Shown here piece after piece: positions 16,888 to 26,133 of a stretch of DNA of 32,000 nucleotides. Every line of letters starts with the position of its first letter. Position 1 is the stretch's first letter. This stretch comes from Moraxella nasicaprae. Its GTDB lineage: Bacteria; Pseudomonadota; Gammaproteobacteria; Pseudomonadales; Moraxellaceae. Below the pieces are notes generated by a model, which ran no database searches, had not been told where the DNA came from, and worked only from the letters and a program-made list of their open reading frames with translations. The stretch covers positions 870,001 through 902,000 of the forward strand of contig NZ_CP089977.1 in assembly GCF_025643275.1 (NCBI RefSeq). The letters are read 5' to 3'. A program made the position numbers and the translations under genes.

Positions 16888-17112
16888 TTAATATTGATAA
16901 GAATCAGGGGTGGCTTCTGGCATCACAAGCCATGCAATCAAATAAAATAACACACCCCCAAAGAACGACACCGACGCAGTCAAAGGAATGGACAGCACGA
17001 ATATCCAACGCAATAATGCAGGTGACCAGCCGATGTATTCTGCCAAGCCGCCAAACACGCCTGCCAGCATACGATGATTGGTTGAACGATGCAGTTTGAT
17101 TAGTTTTGCCAT
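16888..17112 (-). CDS. PspC-domain membrane protein
   Basis: The 74-aa ORF has an AAGGAG SD. LHRSTNHRMLAGVFGGLAEYIGWSPALLRWIFVL...LFYLIAWLVMPE matches the PspC-domain pattern (R.....R.i.GVcgGlAeY.g.dp.lvR..fv). Confidence 0.75.
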   Translation of the reverse strand: MAKLIKLHRSTNHRMLAGVFGGLAEYIGWSPALLRWIFVLSIPLTASVSFFGGVLFYLIAWLVMPEATPDSYQY

Positions 17113-17270
17113 CTAAACAGTCTCCTTTTTCCATGATGATTGCAATGCTTAGCCGTTGGCTTTTTGTCATTGACTTGGATATAATGCTTAGATATGATTG
17201 ATTTGATAAATTTTCAAGCAATGCTTGATTGATTTTACATAATTTTACCCAACTTTACGAACACTTACCC

Positions 17271-18188
17271 ATGTCCATTTTGCACCGCACCGCTCTTTTG
17301 ACCATCAAGCCTGTGCCATTGACCCATCGCCATCTTCGATACATCAATGAGCTGGTCGCTCAATATCAAACCCTGCACATCGTGGTCATCGCAGGCGATG
17401 ACGATGTATCAAGCCCAACCCAACAAACAATGGCTCGCTGGCTGCAAGTATCGTGCCAAACGTTTGGTTTTGTATCAATATGGACGCTACACCAATTAGG
17501 GCTGACGACATCAACCACACCAGAGATGCTTCACGCCATCGGCATTGATGAAGCAAGCGTGCTGACCATGCCTGACTATCCGCCAGCAGGCTTTGATGAG
17601 CTGGCGTTGGCGTGCCGTTATTTTTATGCCACAAAAATCGCCATCGTGGGTGGTGAAAGCTCTGGCAAAACCACCTTGTTGCACAAACTTGCCAACCACT
17701 ACGGCTCAGCCATCGCCCTAGAAATGGGCAGACTCTACACGCACAGCCATCTGGGTGGCACGGAGGCAGGATTGCAGTACAGCGACTACCCCACCATTGC
17801 CATCAATCACGCCCAAGCCATTGAAAATGCTTGCCATCACACCTGCTGCCCTGTGGTGCTGATTGACACCGATTTTGTTACCACACAGGCATTTTGCCAG
17901 ACCTATGAACAAAAAACACACCCTCTATTAGATACTTTTATTCGTCAATATCACCCAAATAGTAACGACCCTCATCGCATCAATCACACCATCTATTTGG
18001 AGAATAATGTCGCATGGGTGGCAGATGGCATGAGACGATTGGGTGGCAATCATCGTTCTGCATTTGCCCAAACGCTGCTTCATCTGTATGACCAACACCA
18101 AATCCCTGTACATCGGATTGACAGCCCAGATTATCACGACAGGTATTTGCAAGCGGTGGCGATTATTGATAAGATACGCTCTTTTTAG
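17271..18188 (+). CDS. nadR: NadR-like ribosylnicotinamide kinase with a degenerate N-terminal NMN adenylyltransferase-like domain
   Basis: The C-terminal half matches the NadR RNK domain: Walker A IVGGESSGKTTLLHKLAN, then GRLYTHSHLGGTEAGLQYSDYPTIA and VLIDTDFVTTQAFC. The N-terminal ~130 aa align to the NadR NMNAT domain but read IKPVPLTHRH where GxFxPxHxGH is expected. The start is uncertain (TTG 17229 or ATG 17271). Confidence 0.8.
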   Translation: MSILHRTALLTIKPVPLTHRHLRYINELVAQYQTLHIVVIAGDDDVSSPTQQTMARWLQVSCQTFGFVSIWTLHQLGLTTSTTPEMLHAIGIDEASVLTMPDYPPAGFDELALACRYFYATKIAIVGGESSGKTTLLHKLANHYGSAIALEMGRLYTHSHLGGTEAGLQYSDYPTIAINHAQAIENACHHTCCPVVLIDTDFVTTQAFCQTYEQKTHPLLDTFIRQYHPNSNDPHRINHTIYLENNVAWVADGMRRLGGNHRSAFAQTLLHLYDQHQIPVHRIDSPDYHDRYLQAVAIIDKIRSF

Positions 18189-18242
18189 CCAACTGGCAAA
18201 ATTGGACACACTCATCTTTGATGATTGGCGTGCAAAATAAGA

Positions 18243-19070
18243 ATGAGCGGTTTTTTATACCAACCACTCATCGTTATGTTTAGTCTTATCATGCACCAAT
18301 CATACAATCAAGGACAGGCATTTTTAGATAATACAGCGATGATACGAATTACTTTTTTGGACAAACTGATTGACGAGTGGGCAAATCTATGGATAGCCAC
18401 TTGGTTTGTGCTGGGCAGTATTGCTCTTTTGGTAGGGTTTGCTTTGACCACCGAGCAGACACCGCTGGACTTATTTTATCTGATGGTGTCGATGCTTGGT
18501 CTGCTGTGCGTGGTCGGTTTATCCTTTCGCAAAAACAGGCTGGGCAATGGTTTTGGCATGGCGGCGACGGCTGGCGAAGTCATCGTACAAGGCACCTCAG
18601 GAGCAGTGGGGCTGATGCTTGCACCGCTATTTAATTTTTTTACCCACGCCTACGCCTTACGCTATTGGTCAAAAAACACCGATGGCGATGGGCAGATGAT
18701 TCCAAAATCCGCCACCAAACAAGTATGGCTCATCACCATATTATTTTTGGTGGTGGGCTTGGCGGCATTTCCTGCTCTCAATGAGTTTTTGACGGCACAA
18801 GGATTTGGCATCATTCAAAAAGATGGTAGTAGCTTTTTGGGCAAGATTGACTTTTTTTGGATTAATGTGGTGGCATTTGTGCTATCCATTACCGCCCAGA
18901 TTACGATGATTTTGCGTTATTCTTTTAATTGGTGGTTGTGGATTTTAGTCAATGCCGTTTGGTTGATTGTCAATCTGATGACAGGCAATGTCATCTTTGC
19001 CATTCAAAGTTGTATTTATCAAATTAACGCCATCATCGGATTATACGAATGGCAACGAAACGCTCAATAA
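18243..19070 (+). CDS. pnuC: Nicotinamide riboside transporter PnuC
   Basis: It is polytopic and hydrophobic. The C-terminal FNWWLWILVNAVWLIVNL motif is typical of PnuC, and the gene lies immediately downstream of the nadR-like gene. The start is ambiguous (TTG 18225, ATG 18243, ATG 18339). Confidence 0.8.
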   Translation: MSGFLYQPLIVMFSLIMHQSYNQGQAFLDNTAMIRITFLDKLIDEWANLWIATWFVLGSIALLVGFALTTEQTPLDLFYLMVSMLGLLCVVGLSFRKNRLGNGFGMAATAGEVIVQGTSGAVGLMLAPLFNFFTHAYALRYWSKNTDGDGQMIPKSATKQVWLITILFLVVGLAAFPALNEFLTAQGFGIIQKDGSSFLGKIDFFWINVVAFVLSITAQITMILRYSFNWWLWILVNAVWLIVNLMTGNVIFAIQSCIYQINAIIGLYEWQRNAQ

Positions 19071-19077
19071 ATCCAAT

Positions 19078-19108
19078 AAAAACCAACTTGATTAGAAGTT
19101 GGTTTTTT
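19078..19108. terminator. Bidirectional rho-independent terminator (pnuC / pgsA convergent)
   Basis: A5-CCAACTT-GATTAG-AAGTTGG-T6. Confidence 0.75.
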
Positions 19109-19112
19109 ATCA

Positions 19113-19766
19113 TCAATGGCGTTTTAGATATGGCCAAGCGGCTTTAAGATAAATGAGCATTGACCATAGCGTCAAAATCACTGCAATAACCATCAGCACA
19201 TAGCCAATCATCTGTAATGATTGCCAGTTTAGTAGTAACACCGTGATGGCAATCATCTGAAACGCTGTTTTTAGCTTGCCAACATAGGACACCGCCACGC
19301 TGGTTCTCGCCCCAAGCTCTGCCATCCACTCACGCAATGCCGACACAGCAATCTCTCTGCTGATGATGACGATGGCACAAGTTGCCATCACGATATTGGC
19401 GTGCCACTGCACCAGCACGACAAGTGCCGCTGCCACCATCAATTTATCCGCCACAGGGTCCAAAAACCGACCAAATGCCGAAGTGATGCCCATCTTTCTT
19501 GCCAAAAATCCATCTAGCCAATCAGTCAATGCAGCAAGCACAAACACAAAAGTCAGCAAAAAATGCCTCAGCATGCTATTGCTGTATTCCATCATGCCAA
19601 GCCGTGCGATGGCATTATCAGGTATGGCAGACACACCAATGCCCAATGCTGGCGGATAATAAGCAATCAGCACAAACAAAGGAATCATCACAATGCGTGC
19701 GATGGTCAGGTTATTAGGTAGATTAAAAATTGTGGTTGGCACGGTTTGCCGTGATTGTGTTGGCAT
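19113..19766 (-). CDS. pgsA: CDP-diacylglycerol--glycerol-3-phosphate 3-phosphatidyltransferase
   Basis: It has the CDP-alcohol phosphotransferase motif DWLDGFLARKMGITSAFGRFLDPVADK and an N-terminal NLPNNLTIARIVMIPLFV. The ATG at 19766 is preferred over the TTG at 19778. Confidence 0.92.
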   Translation of the reverse strand: MPTQSRQTVPTTIFNLPNNLTIARIVMIPLFVLIAYYPPALGIGVSAIPDNAIARLGMMEYSNSMLRHFLLTFVFVLAALTDWLDGFLARKMGITSAFGRFLDPVADKLMVAAALVVLVQWHANIVMATCAIVIISREIAVSALREWMAELGARTSVAVSYVGKLKTAFQMIAITVLLLNWQSLQMIGYVLMVIAVILTLWSMLIYLKAAWPYLKRH

Positions 19767-19985
19767 AATAGCAATCAAAAAAGCGTTAAGATTGGCTTAT
19801 GATACCCAATTTTGTCACAATTTTCAAAGACAATAGCAAGCAATGATGACTTTGATACAAAAAAATCGACCAATCCAGCCAATCTTTACCATCACGACAG
19901 CACGGTTTTATCTTTTTAAATTGTTCAAAATGCAAAAAAATGCTACCATGATTGACTTTTAAATCTTGGTATTTTGGGTAAAGCG

Positions 19986-21203
19986 ATGACCAGCATTCAT
20001 ACAGACGCACTCATCATCGGGGCAGGAGCATCTGGGCTATTTTGTGCCTTTGAGACAGCAGCATTTGGCAAATCGGTATTGGTCATCGATCACGCCAATA
20101 AAGCAGGCAAAAAAATCCTCATGTCAGGCGGTGGTCGCTGCAACTTCATCAATCAAGACATACAGCCACGCCATTTCATCAGCCAAAATCCTCATTTTGT
20201 CAAATCCGCTTTGTCTGGTTATGGCTATGATGATTTTATGATGCTCATCGACAAACATCGCATTAGTTATCATCACAAGGGACACGGTCAGCTGTTTTGT
20301 GATGGCAGCTCAAAAGATATTTTAAACATGCTGCTTGATGAATGTCAGCAGGCAGGTGTGCAAATCGAGCTAAACACCCAAGTCCATCGCATTGATGCCA
20401 TGGACGAGGGTTTTTGTGTTTATGTCAGCCAGCACAACAATCCCAAAACCATCATCGCACAGCATTTGGTCATCGCTACAGGTGGGCTATCCATTCCGAC
20501 CATGGGAGCCAGTGGTTTTGGCTATCAGGTTGCCACACAGTTTGGACACCAGATTGTGCCGACTTGTGCATCATTAGTACCATTGACCTTCACCGACCAA
20601 ACAGGCGACATGATAAAATCATTGTCAGGCATCAGTCTTGATGTCATCGCCTTTAATGACAAAATCAGCTTTGAGTTGCCAATGCTATTGACACATCGTG
20701 GCTTATCTGGGCCTGCCATCTTGCAGTTGTCAAACTACTGGCAATTAGGTGAACCTATTTTTATCAATCTATTGCCATCATTGGACATCGCTCGTCATTT
20801 GTTGGACAAAAAACGCACACAGCCTAAGGCGTTGATTCGCACCTTGCTTGCACCATTTTTTGCCAAAAAACTTTTGATTGCTTTGGAATCGCATTTTTGG
20901 GCAACAATCAAAGACATAGAAATCGCCAACATCAAAGATGATAAACTTATCCAGCTTGGCAATACGCTCAATACTTGGCAAATCAAGCCAAGCGGTACCG
21001 AAGGCTATCGAGTGGCAGAGGTGACTCGTGGCGGTGTGGATACCAAAGATGTGTCAGGTAAAACCATGGAAAGCCGCCTAAAACCCAATCTGTACTTCAT
21101 TGGCGAGGTGCTTGATGTGACAGGTTGGCTGGGCGGATATAATTTTGCGTGGGCATGGGCAAGCGGTCATGCGTGTGCCCAAAGTATCGGTACTCGCTGG
21201 TAA
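19986..21203 (+). CDS. YhiN/HI0933 (BaiN-like) family NAD(P)/FAD-dependent flavoprotein
   Basis: It has the dinucleotide-binding motif LIIGAGASGLFCA and MSGGGRCNFIN, characteristic of the HI0933-like family, plus a C-terminal FIGEVLDVTGWLGGYNF. The ATG at 19986 is preferred over the TTG at 19974. Confidence 0.85.
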   Translation: MTSIHTDALIIGAGASGLFCAFETAAFGKSVLVIDHANKAGKKILMSGGGRCNFINQDIQPRHFISQNPHFVKSALSGYGYDDFMMLIDKHRISYHHKGHGQLFCDGSSKDILNMLLDECQQAGVQIELNTQVHRIDAMDEGFCVYVSQHNNPKTIIAQHLVIATGGLSIPTMGASGFGYQVATQFGHQIVPTCASLVPLTFTDQTGDMIKSLSGISLDVIAFNDKISFELPMLLTHRGLSGPAILQLSNYWQLGEPIFINLLPSLDIARHLLDKKRTQPKALIRTLLAPFFAKKLLIALESHFWATIKDIEIANIKDDKLIQLGNTLNTWQIKPSGTEGYRVAEVTRGGVDTKDVSGKTMESRLKPNLYFIGEVLDVTGWLGGYNFAWAWASGHACAQSIGTRW

Positions 21204-21223
21204 ATCTGCTCTGACCGTCAATC

Positions 21224-21251
21224 ATTGATGTTAAAACAGGCTAACATCAAT
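21224..21251. other. 10-bp perfect hairpin downstream of the flavoprotein gene (possible U-tract-less terminator)
   Basis: ATTGATGTTA (21224-21233) pairs with TAACATCAAT (21242-21251) around an 8-nt loop. Neither strand has an adjacent T-run. Confidence 0.3.
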
Positions 21252-21398
21252 CACATCATCTTGCCATGTTGGATTGACATTGGCAAAGATAGGAGTTGCC
21301 ATTCGCCCTAAGCCTGCCTGCAAGTGGCAAAAAGCTAGGTCTTCTAAGTTTAGCACAAACAGTTTTCCTTGCATTTAGCGTCTTATGGGAAGTCTAAT

Positions 21399-21425
21399 AA
21401 AAAACCGCCAACATCATGGCGGTTT
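21399..21425 (-). terminator. Rho-independent terminator of the M16 peptidase gene
   Basis: AAACCGCCA-ACATCA-TGGCGGTTT. On the minus strand it is followed by T6. Confidence 0.7.
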
Positions 21426-21430
21426 ATTGG

Positions 21431-24397
21431 TTAGGCTAATTTTTTGACATCAAACCCAAGCTCTTTGACCGTTGATTCTTGTTCCATCGGAGCAAGTGTG
21501 GCTCTGGTGCATGGCTGATTTTTGAGGTATTTTTTGGCAACACGCTTTAAATCATCGATACTGACCGCCAAAATCTTAGCACGCAGCTGTTGTTGCCATG
21601 CCTTATCCCTATCATGCAGCTGAGCAAAACACGATTTGACCGCCTCGCCTGCTGGCGAACCTGGCTTATCCATGCCAGCAATGATGCCCAAAATTGCCTC
21701 ATGCAGTTGTTCTTCATCATGCTGATTGTCAAGCAACCAATCAATACTTGCCAAAAAATGCTCAAAAGTCTTGGCACAGTGCGGGTCTCGATAGCTAAAA
21801 AACTTAAACGCTGCGGCATTGCTATCAAAACTTGCTCCTCCGCCATACGCACCACCCTTTTCACGAATGGCACTGTGCAGATAGCCATTGCGTAAAAACG
21901 GTGCTAATACCATTAAGGCAGGCGTATCCTCATGCCCAGAAGTGGTGGCGGCATAAGCTGCGGCATTATGATGTACATTGGTAGAAATCAACCATGCAAT
22001 GTCCGTCTGCTGACCATCAAGATGACCAAGCTCATCAAACACCAAAGGAGGTTGTGATGGTGCTTGTGCAGACTTGATGAAGGTAAGCTGGCTTTGGATT
22101 TGGCTAAGCAGCTCATCGCTGGCAGACGGCTCACACACCAAAATCAACTCTTTGGGCAATGCCGCCAAAGTCTGATGCAGTGCTAACAATCTGGTGGATA
22201 ATGCCTGCCAGCTTTGCTCATCAGCACTTGCCAAAAATGATTTTAGGCAAGATAAGGCTGGCAATCCAGAATAAGCGTATTCTAGCTTGGCAAGACGACT
22301 AAGATTGGCAGAGGCTGTTTGCATGGCATAAGCGTGTCCTGCCCCTGACAGACGAGATTGCCAACTGCTTTGTTTTTGTTGTAGCAGTTCACGAATGCGG
22401 TCAGTTTCGGTAAATACTGACGCATTGATGGTGTGATGCAGTAGCTCAATGGCATCAAATTTACTGCCAAGTGAACGGGTTGCCACCACAAAATAACTGC
22501 TCATCTTATCAGCATCATGCAAGTCTGTTCGCTGGCTAATGCGAGCGGTAATCCCCGATGAACACGCCGCCTGCACCGCCTGAAAAGTGCGTGCATCATA
22601 CCGACTGGTGCCAACCTCTGCCACCAGATGTAGGTATAAAGGCAATAGCGGGTCACTCATCACTTTATCTGCCATTTGCCCTTGCAAAGGTGTGAGCACT
22701 TGATAATAATACAGTCCATTAGTACCAGCATGATACAGATGTACATGATAGGTCTCATCATAGGTCTCATCGCCAACTTGTAGCGTGTCTGCAATCTTAT
22801 CAATGAACGCCACTTCGCTAGGCACATCATCAAGCCCAACTTTGGGCAATAGATTGACATCATCAATCATCGCTTGGCGAGCTTGCAGGTTGGCAGTGTG
22901 TTGTCTGATTTGGTTGCGGTCATCATCACTAAGCGTGCTGTCTAACTGGCGTAATGCCTCCTGCTCAGCATCGATGAGTCGTTGGGCTTTTTTATCATCT
23001 GGCACTAAGGTTAGACGCACACGATGAGGATTGTCCAATAGGTATTGTTTGATGAGCTGCTGCACCCAATTTGGCTGACGAGCCTGCTCTTTTAGCCAAG
23101 CCAGATGTTCATCAATCTGCCAAATATCCATCGGGTCTCCCCCATGAATGGCGGTGCTAAATGCCTCCAACATCAAAGTTAAGCCATAAGGCATACTATC
23201 CCCACCAATATGGCGTTGGTCAAGCTCAATCTGATGCAGTACCGTCTCGATGACCTCAGGGTCGATAGGATTGCTTGCCACTTGTGTCAATAAATCCAAA
23301 ATCCCCTGTTCGACAGCATCAGCGTGCTGTGGTTCTGAGCCTCGCAATCCTGCATAAAACACCATTTGATAATGGCTATCGTCCAAACCAAGTAGAGGAC
23401 TGGGCGAAGTGCCAAGCTGATGGCTTTCTAGGTACGCACGAAGTGGCGAACCGCTATGCTCGACCAAAACCCCTTCCATCAACCGTAGCGACAGGCGAAG
23501 TTTTGGGTCGGTTATGGTGGGCAAAAGCCAGCCCAACACCTGATGGGTCATTTTTTCGCCCACTTCATCACTGCTATAAGCATCAGTGACCGCAATCGGA
23601 GCGGACAATGGGCTTTCTAATACCGAAGCAAATTTTTTGCCACGACTGATTTTTTCTTGGTCATCAAATCGCACCAAGGCATCATCATGCAGCTTGGCTT
23701 GAATCTCCTTCACCGCAATGTCGCCAAAACTCATGATGATGGCATTGCTTGGGTGATAATGCGTCTGATGAAACTTGACCAAGTCTTGATGGGTCAGATT
23801 AGGAATGTGTGCAGGGTCACCACCAGAATTATAATGGTAGGTGGTCGTTGGGAAAATGTGCGGTGTTAAGGCATAATACAACTGGTCAATCTCGCCACTC
23901 ATCGCCCCTTTCATTTCATTAAAGACGATGCCATGATAGTGTGGCTTGCCTAAGTCATCAAGCTCAACTCGCACGCCTTCTTGGGCAAAATCAAGCTCGT
24001 GAATGTTTGGAAAAAACACCGCATCTGTATAGACAGACAGCAGATTAAAAAAGTCTTTTTTGTTTTGGCTGGCAAAAGGATACACCGTCCAATCCGCCGC
24101 CGTCATCGCATTCATAAAAGTATTTAGCGAGCGTTTAATCATGCTAAAAAACGGGTCTCGCACAGGATATTTTTCGCTGCCGCACAGCACCACATGCTCC
24201 AAAATGTGTGCCTCGCCACGAGAAGTCATCGGCTGTGTGGCAAAGCCAATCATCAAGGCATTTTCAGGATTATCACACGCCAAATGATAGTGCATCGCTC
24301 CTGTGGCACGGTGGCGAGAGGTCAGGACTGTGATGCCCAATGCCTCAATGGCTTGGGTGCTTAGCAGTTCAAAACTTGGGTGAATGTCAGTTGTCAT
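21431..24397 (-). CDS. M16C (PreP/pitrilysin-like) zinc metallopeptidase
   Basis: The 988-aa ORF has the inverted zinc motif HILEH (HxxEH) near the N-terminus, followed by ...FNEMKG. The size and four-domain length are typical of presequence-protease-like M16C enzymes. Confidence 0.9.
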   Translation of the reverse strand: MTTDIHPSFELLSTQAIEALGITVLTSRHRATGAMHYHLACDNPENALMIGFATQPMTSRGEAHILEHVVLCGSEKYPVRDPFFSMIKRSLNTFMNAMTAADWTVYPFASQNKKDFFNLLSVYTDAVFFPNIHELDFAQEGVRVELDDLGKPHYHGIVFNEMKGAMSGEIDQLYYALTPHIFPTTTYHYNSGGDPAHIPNLTHQDLVKFHQTHYHPSNAIIMSFGDIAVKEIQAKLHDDALVRFDDQEKISRGKKFASVLESPLSAPIAVTDAYSSDEVGEKMTHQVLGWLLPTITDPKLRLSLRLMEGVLVEHSGSPLRAYLESHQLGTSPSPLLGLDDSHYQMVFYAGLRGSEPQHADAVEQGILDLLTQVASNPIDPEVIETVLHQIELDQRHIGGDSMPYGLTLMLEAFSTAIHGGDPMDIWQIDEHLAWLKEQARQPNWVQQLIKQYLLDNPHRVRLTLVPDDKKAQRLIDAEQEALRQLDSTLSDDDRNQIRQHTANLQARQAMIDDVNLLPKVGLDDVPSEVAFIDKIADTLQVGDETYDETYHVHLYHAGTNGLYYYQVLTPLQGQMADKVMSDPLLPLYLHLVAEVGTSRYDARTFQAVQAACSSGITARISQRTDLHDADKMSSYFVVATRSLGSKFDAIELLHHTINASVFTETDRIRELLQQKQSSWQSRLSGAGHAYAMQTASANLSRLAKLEYAYSGLPALSCLKSFLASADEQSWQALSTRLLALHQTLAALPKELILVCEPSASDELLSQIQSQLTFIKSAQAPSQPPLVFDELGHLDGQQTDIAWLISTNVHHNAAAYAATTSGHEDTPALMVLAPFLRNGYLHSAIREKGGAYGGGASFDSNAAAFKFFSYRDPHCAKTFEHFLASIDWLLDNQHDEEQLHEAILGIIAGMDKPGSPAGEAVKSCFAQLHDRDKAWQQQLRAKILAVSIDDLKRVAKKYLKNQPCTRATLAPMEQESTVKELGFDVKKLA

Positions 24398-24597
24398 TAT
24401 AATTGTCCAAAAAGTCAGATGAAGTTTTGTTATTATATTGTCAATCTATCTAAAATCAATGGCAAATCCACATCTTTTCATCAATCAATCGTCCTTGATG
24501 TCAATTACCGCCCAAAAATGATAAATTTTTGGTCAATCTTGGCAAAATTTTTGTTATACTAAACAAGAGGTTTGCCCACTTGACAAAGGAGAATGCC

Positions 24598-25047
24598 ATG
24601 TATCAGCACATATTATTGGTTACTGATTTACAGGACGATACTGACTTGGTCGCCGCCAAAGCCAAATGGATTTTGGACGCACAGCCCAATGCCGAATTGT
24701 CTGTCTTGCATATTGTCGAAGAGACGATGGTTGGGTTTGGTTATGAGCTGATTCCTGCCAGTGCCTTACAAGAAGAAGTGGATAGCGAACGCTGCCAAAA
24801 TGCTCGTGGCAGATTGGCTCAAATCATGGCTCGCAATCAATTACACCCAAATCATGTCAAAATCAAAACCGCCATCTCAGGTCGCAAGGGTATCGTGGAT
24901 TATTGCAATACTCACGGCATCGACCTTGTGGTCATCGGTCGCCACAAACGCACAGGGCTGTCTGCTTGGCTGGCAGGAGCGACGGCGGATAGTATTTTGC
25001 CCGATGTCACGGCTGATTTGCTGGTGGTTCAATTATCTTGCGATTAA
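24598..25047 (+). CDS. Universal stress protein (UspA family)
   Basis: AAGGAG lies before the ATG at 24598. The sequence reads MYQHILLVTDL...LSVLHIVE...DLVVIGRHKRTGLSAWLAGATADSILPDVTADLLVV, the typical Usp fold pattern. The upstream extension of the tracked ORF is unlikely. Confidence 0.85.
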   Translation: MYQHILLVTDLQDDTDLVAAKAKWILDAQPNAELSVLHIVEETMVGFGYELIPASALQEEVDSERCQNARGRLAQIMARNQLHPNHVKIKTAISGRKGIVDYCNTHGIDLVVIGRHKRTGLSAWLAGATADSILPDVTADLLVVQLSCD

Positions 25048-25076
25048 CTATTAACCCAAAAAAAGAGTATTTGAAG

Positions 25077-26087
25077 ATGACATTTGATGTGGTTGCCATT
25101 GGCAATGCGTTGGTGGACAGCGAATTTAGCCTAAGCCAAGATGAATTACAGCAAGTCGGTTTGACCTATGGCAATATGACATTGGCTGACGAAACCGCTC
25201 AGCAAGCACTGTTTGACGGTTTGCAAAAACAAGGGGTTACCCTTGCCAAACAGTCAGGCGGTGGCTCAGCTGCCAATAGCATGGTGGCATTTGGTTGCTT
25301 GGGCGGACAAGCATTTTATCATTGCCGAGTGGGCGATGATGAGCTTGGCAAATTTTATCTGGCGGACTTAGCCAACTGTGGCGTGCAAACAGACCCAGCA
25401 TTCGCCATCAGTGCAGAGGGTCAGACGGGCAGCTGTGCTGTATTGGTCACGCCTGATGGCGAACGCACCATGCAGACCCATCTGGGTGCTAGTAGCTGCA
25501 TTGATGAGAGCAATGTCAAGTTTGATGTCCTAACAGGGGCAAAATGGCTATATCTTGAAGGATATCTTGCGATGTCACCATCGGTCAGCGATGCCTTAGA
25601 CAAACTACACCAAACCGCTCGCCAAGCTGGGGCAAAAATTGCGGTCAGTTTTGCTGACCCTGCGGTGGTCAAATTTGCCAAAGATGGCTTAGAAAAGATG
25701 CTCGCCAAAGGCGTTGATGCCATCTTTTGTAATCACGAGGAAGCCACCCTATTTGCCCAAGCTGACGGCAATGCTGACCCCATCAACGCACTCATCAAAT
25801 ATAGCGAACTTGTGGTCATCACCAACTCAGATAAGCCAACCACCATTGCAGTGCGTGGCAATAACGGCATCGAAGAATATCAAGTCGATATCGTCCCTGT
25901 TCAAAGCGTCATTGACACCAATGGGGCTGGCGATAACTATGCAGGGGCATTTTTGTATGGTCTATCCCAAGATTATTCATTGACCGACTGCGGTAAATTG
26001 GCAGCAACTGTCGCTGCACGCATCGTGAGTCAGTTTGGCTCACGCTTGACCTCTACTGATTACCAAGCCATCAAGAACAGCCTATAA
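25077..26087 (+). CDS. PfkB-family carbohydrate/nucleoside kinase (adenosine kinase-like)
   Basis: The N-terminus is FDVVAIGNALVD and the C-terminal region has the DTNGAGDNYAGAFLYGL (DTxGAGD) anion-hole motif. The substrate is not assignable from sequence alone. Confidence 0.85.
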   Translation: MTFDVVAIGNALVDSEFSLSQDELQQVGLTYGNMTLADETAQQALFDGLQKQGVTLAKQSGGGSAANSMVAFGCLGGQAFYHCRVGDDELGKFYLADLANCGVQTDPAFAISAEGQTGSCAVLVTPDGERTMQTHLGASSCIDESNVKFDVLTGAKWLYLEGYLAMSPSVSDALDKLHQTARQAGAKIAVSFADPAVVKFAKDGLEKMLAKGVDAIFCNHEEATLFAQADGNADPINALIKYSELVVITNSDKPTTIAVRGNNGIEEYQVDIVPVQSVIDTNGAGDNYAGAFLYGLSQDYSLTDCGKLAATVAARIVSQFGSRLTSTDYQAIKNSL

Positions 26088-26095
26088 TATCAACC

Positions 26096-26129
26096 AAAAA
26101 AAAACCGCCATCATCATTGGCGGTTTTTT
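26096..26129. terminator. Bidirectional rho-independent terminator
   Basis: A9-CCGCCA-TCATCAT-TGGCGG-T6, between convergent genes. Confidence 0.8.
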
Positions 26130-26133
26130 ATTA

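Noticed and set aside
16872-17221. ORFs of 75 aa (plus) and 105 aa (minus) overlapping the PspC-domain gene.
   Set aside because: The 74-aa frame carries the recognisable PspC motif and a strong AAGGAG SD. The others have neither.
17113-17228. The repeated AATGCTTAG / AATGCTTGA motif (three occurrences) upstream of the nadR-like gene, considered as a NadR operator.
   Set aside because: This NadR-like protein lacks the HTH domain needed for DNA binding. The motif is short, does not resemble the enteric NAD box as I recall it, and could arise by chance.
19786-20010. A 74-aa minus-strand ORF in the pgsA / flavoprotein intergenic region.
   Set aside because: It has no SD, it overlaps the start of the flavoprotein gene, and its composition is Cys/Trp-rich and non-protein-like. 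The region is more plausibly a divergent promoter region.
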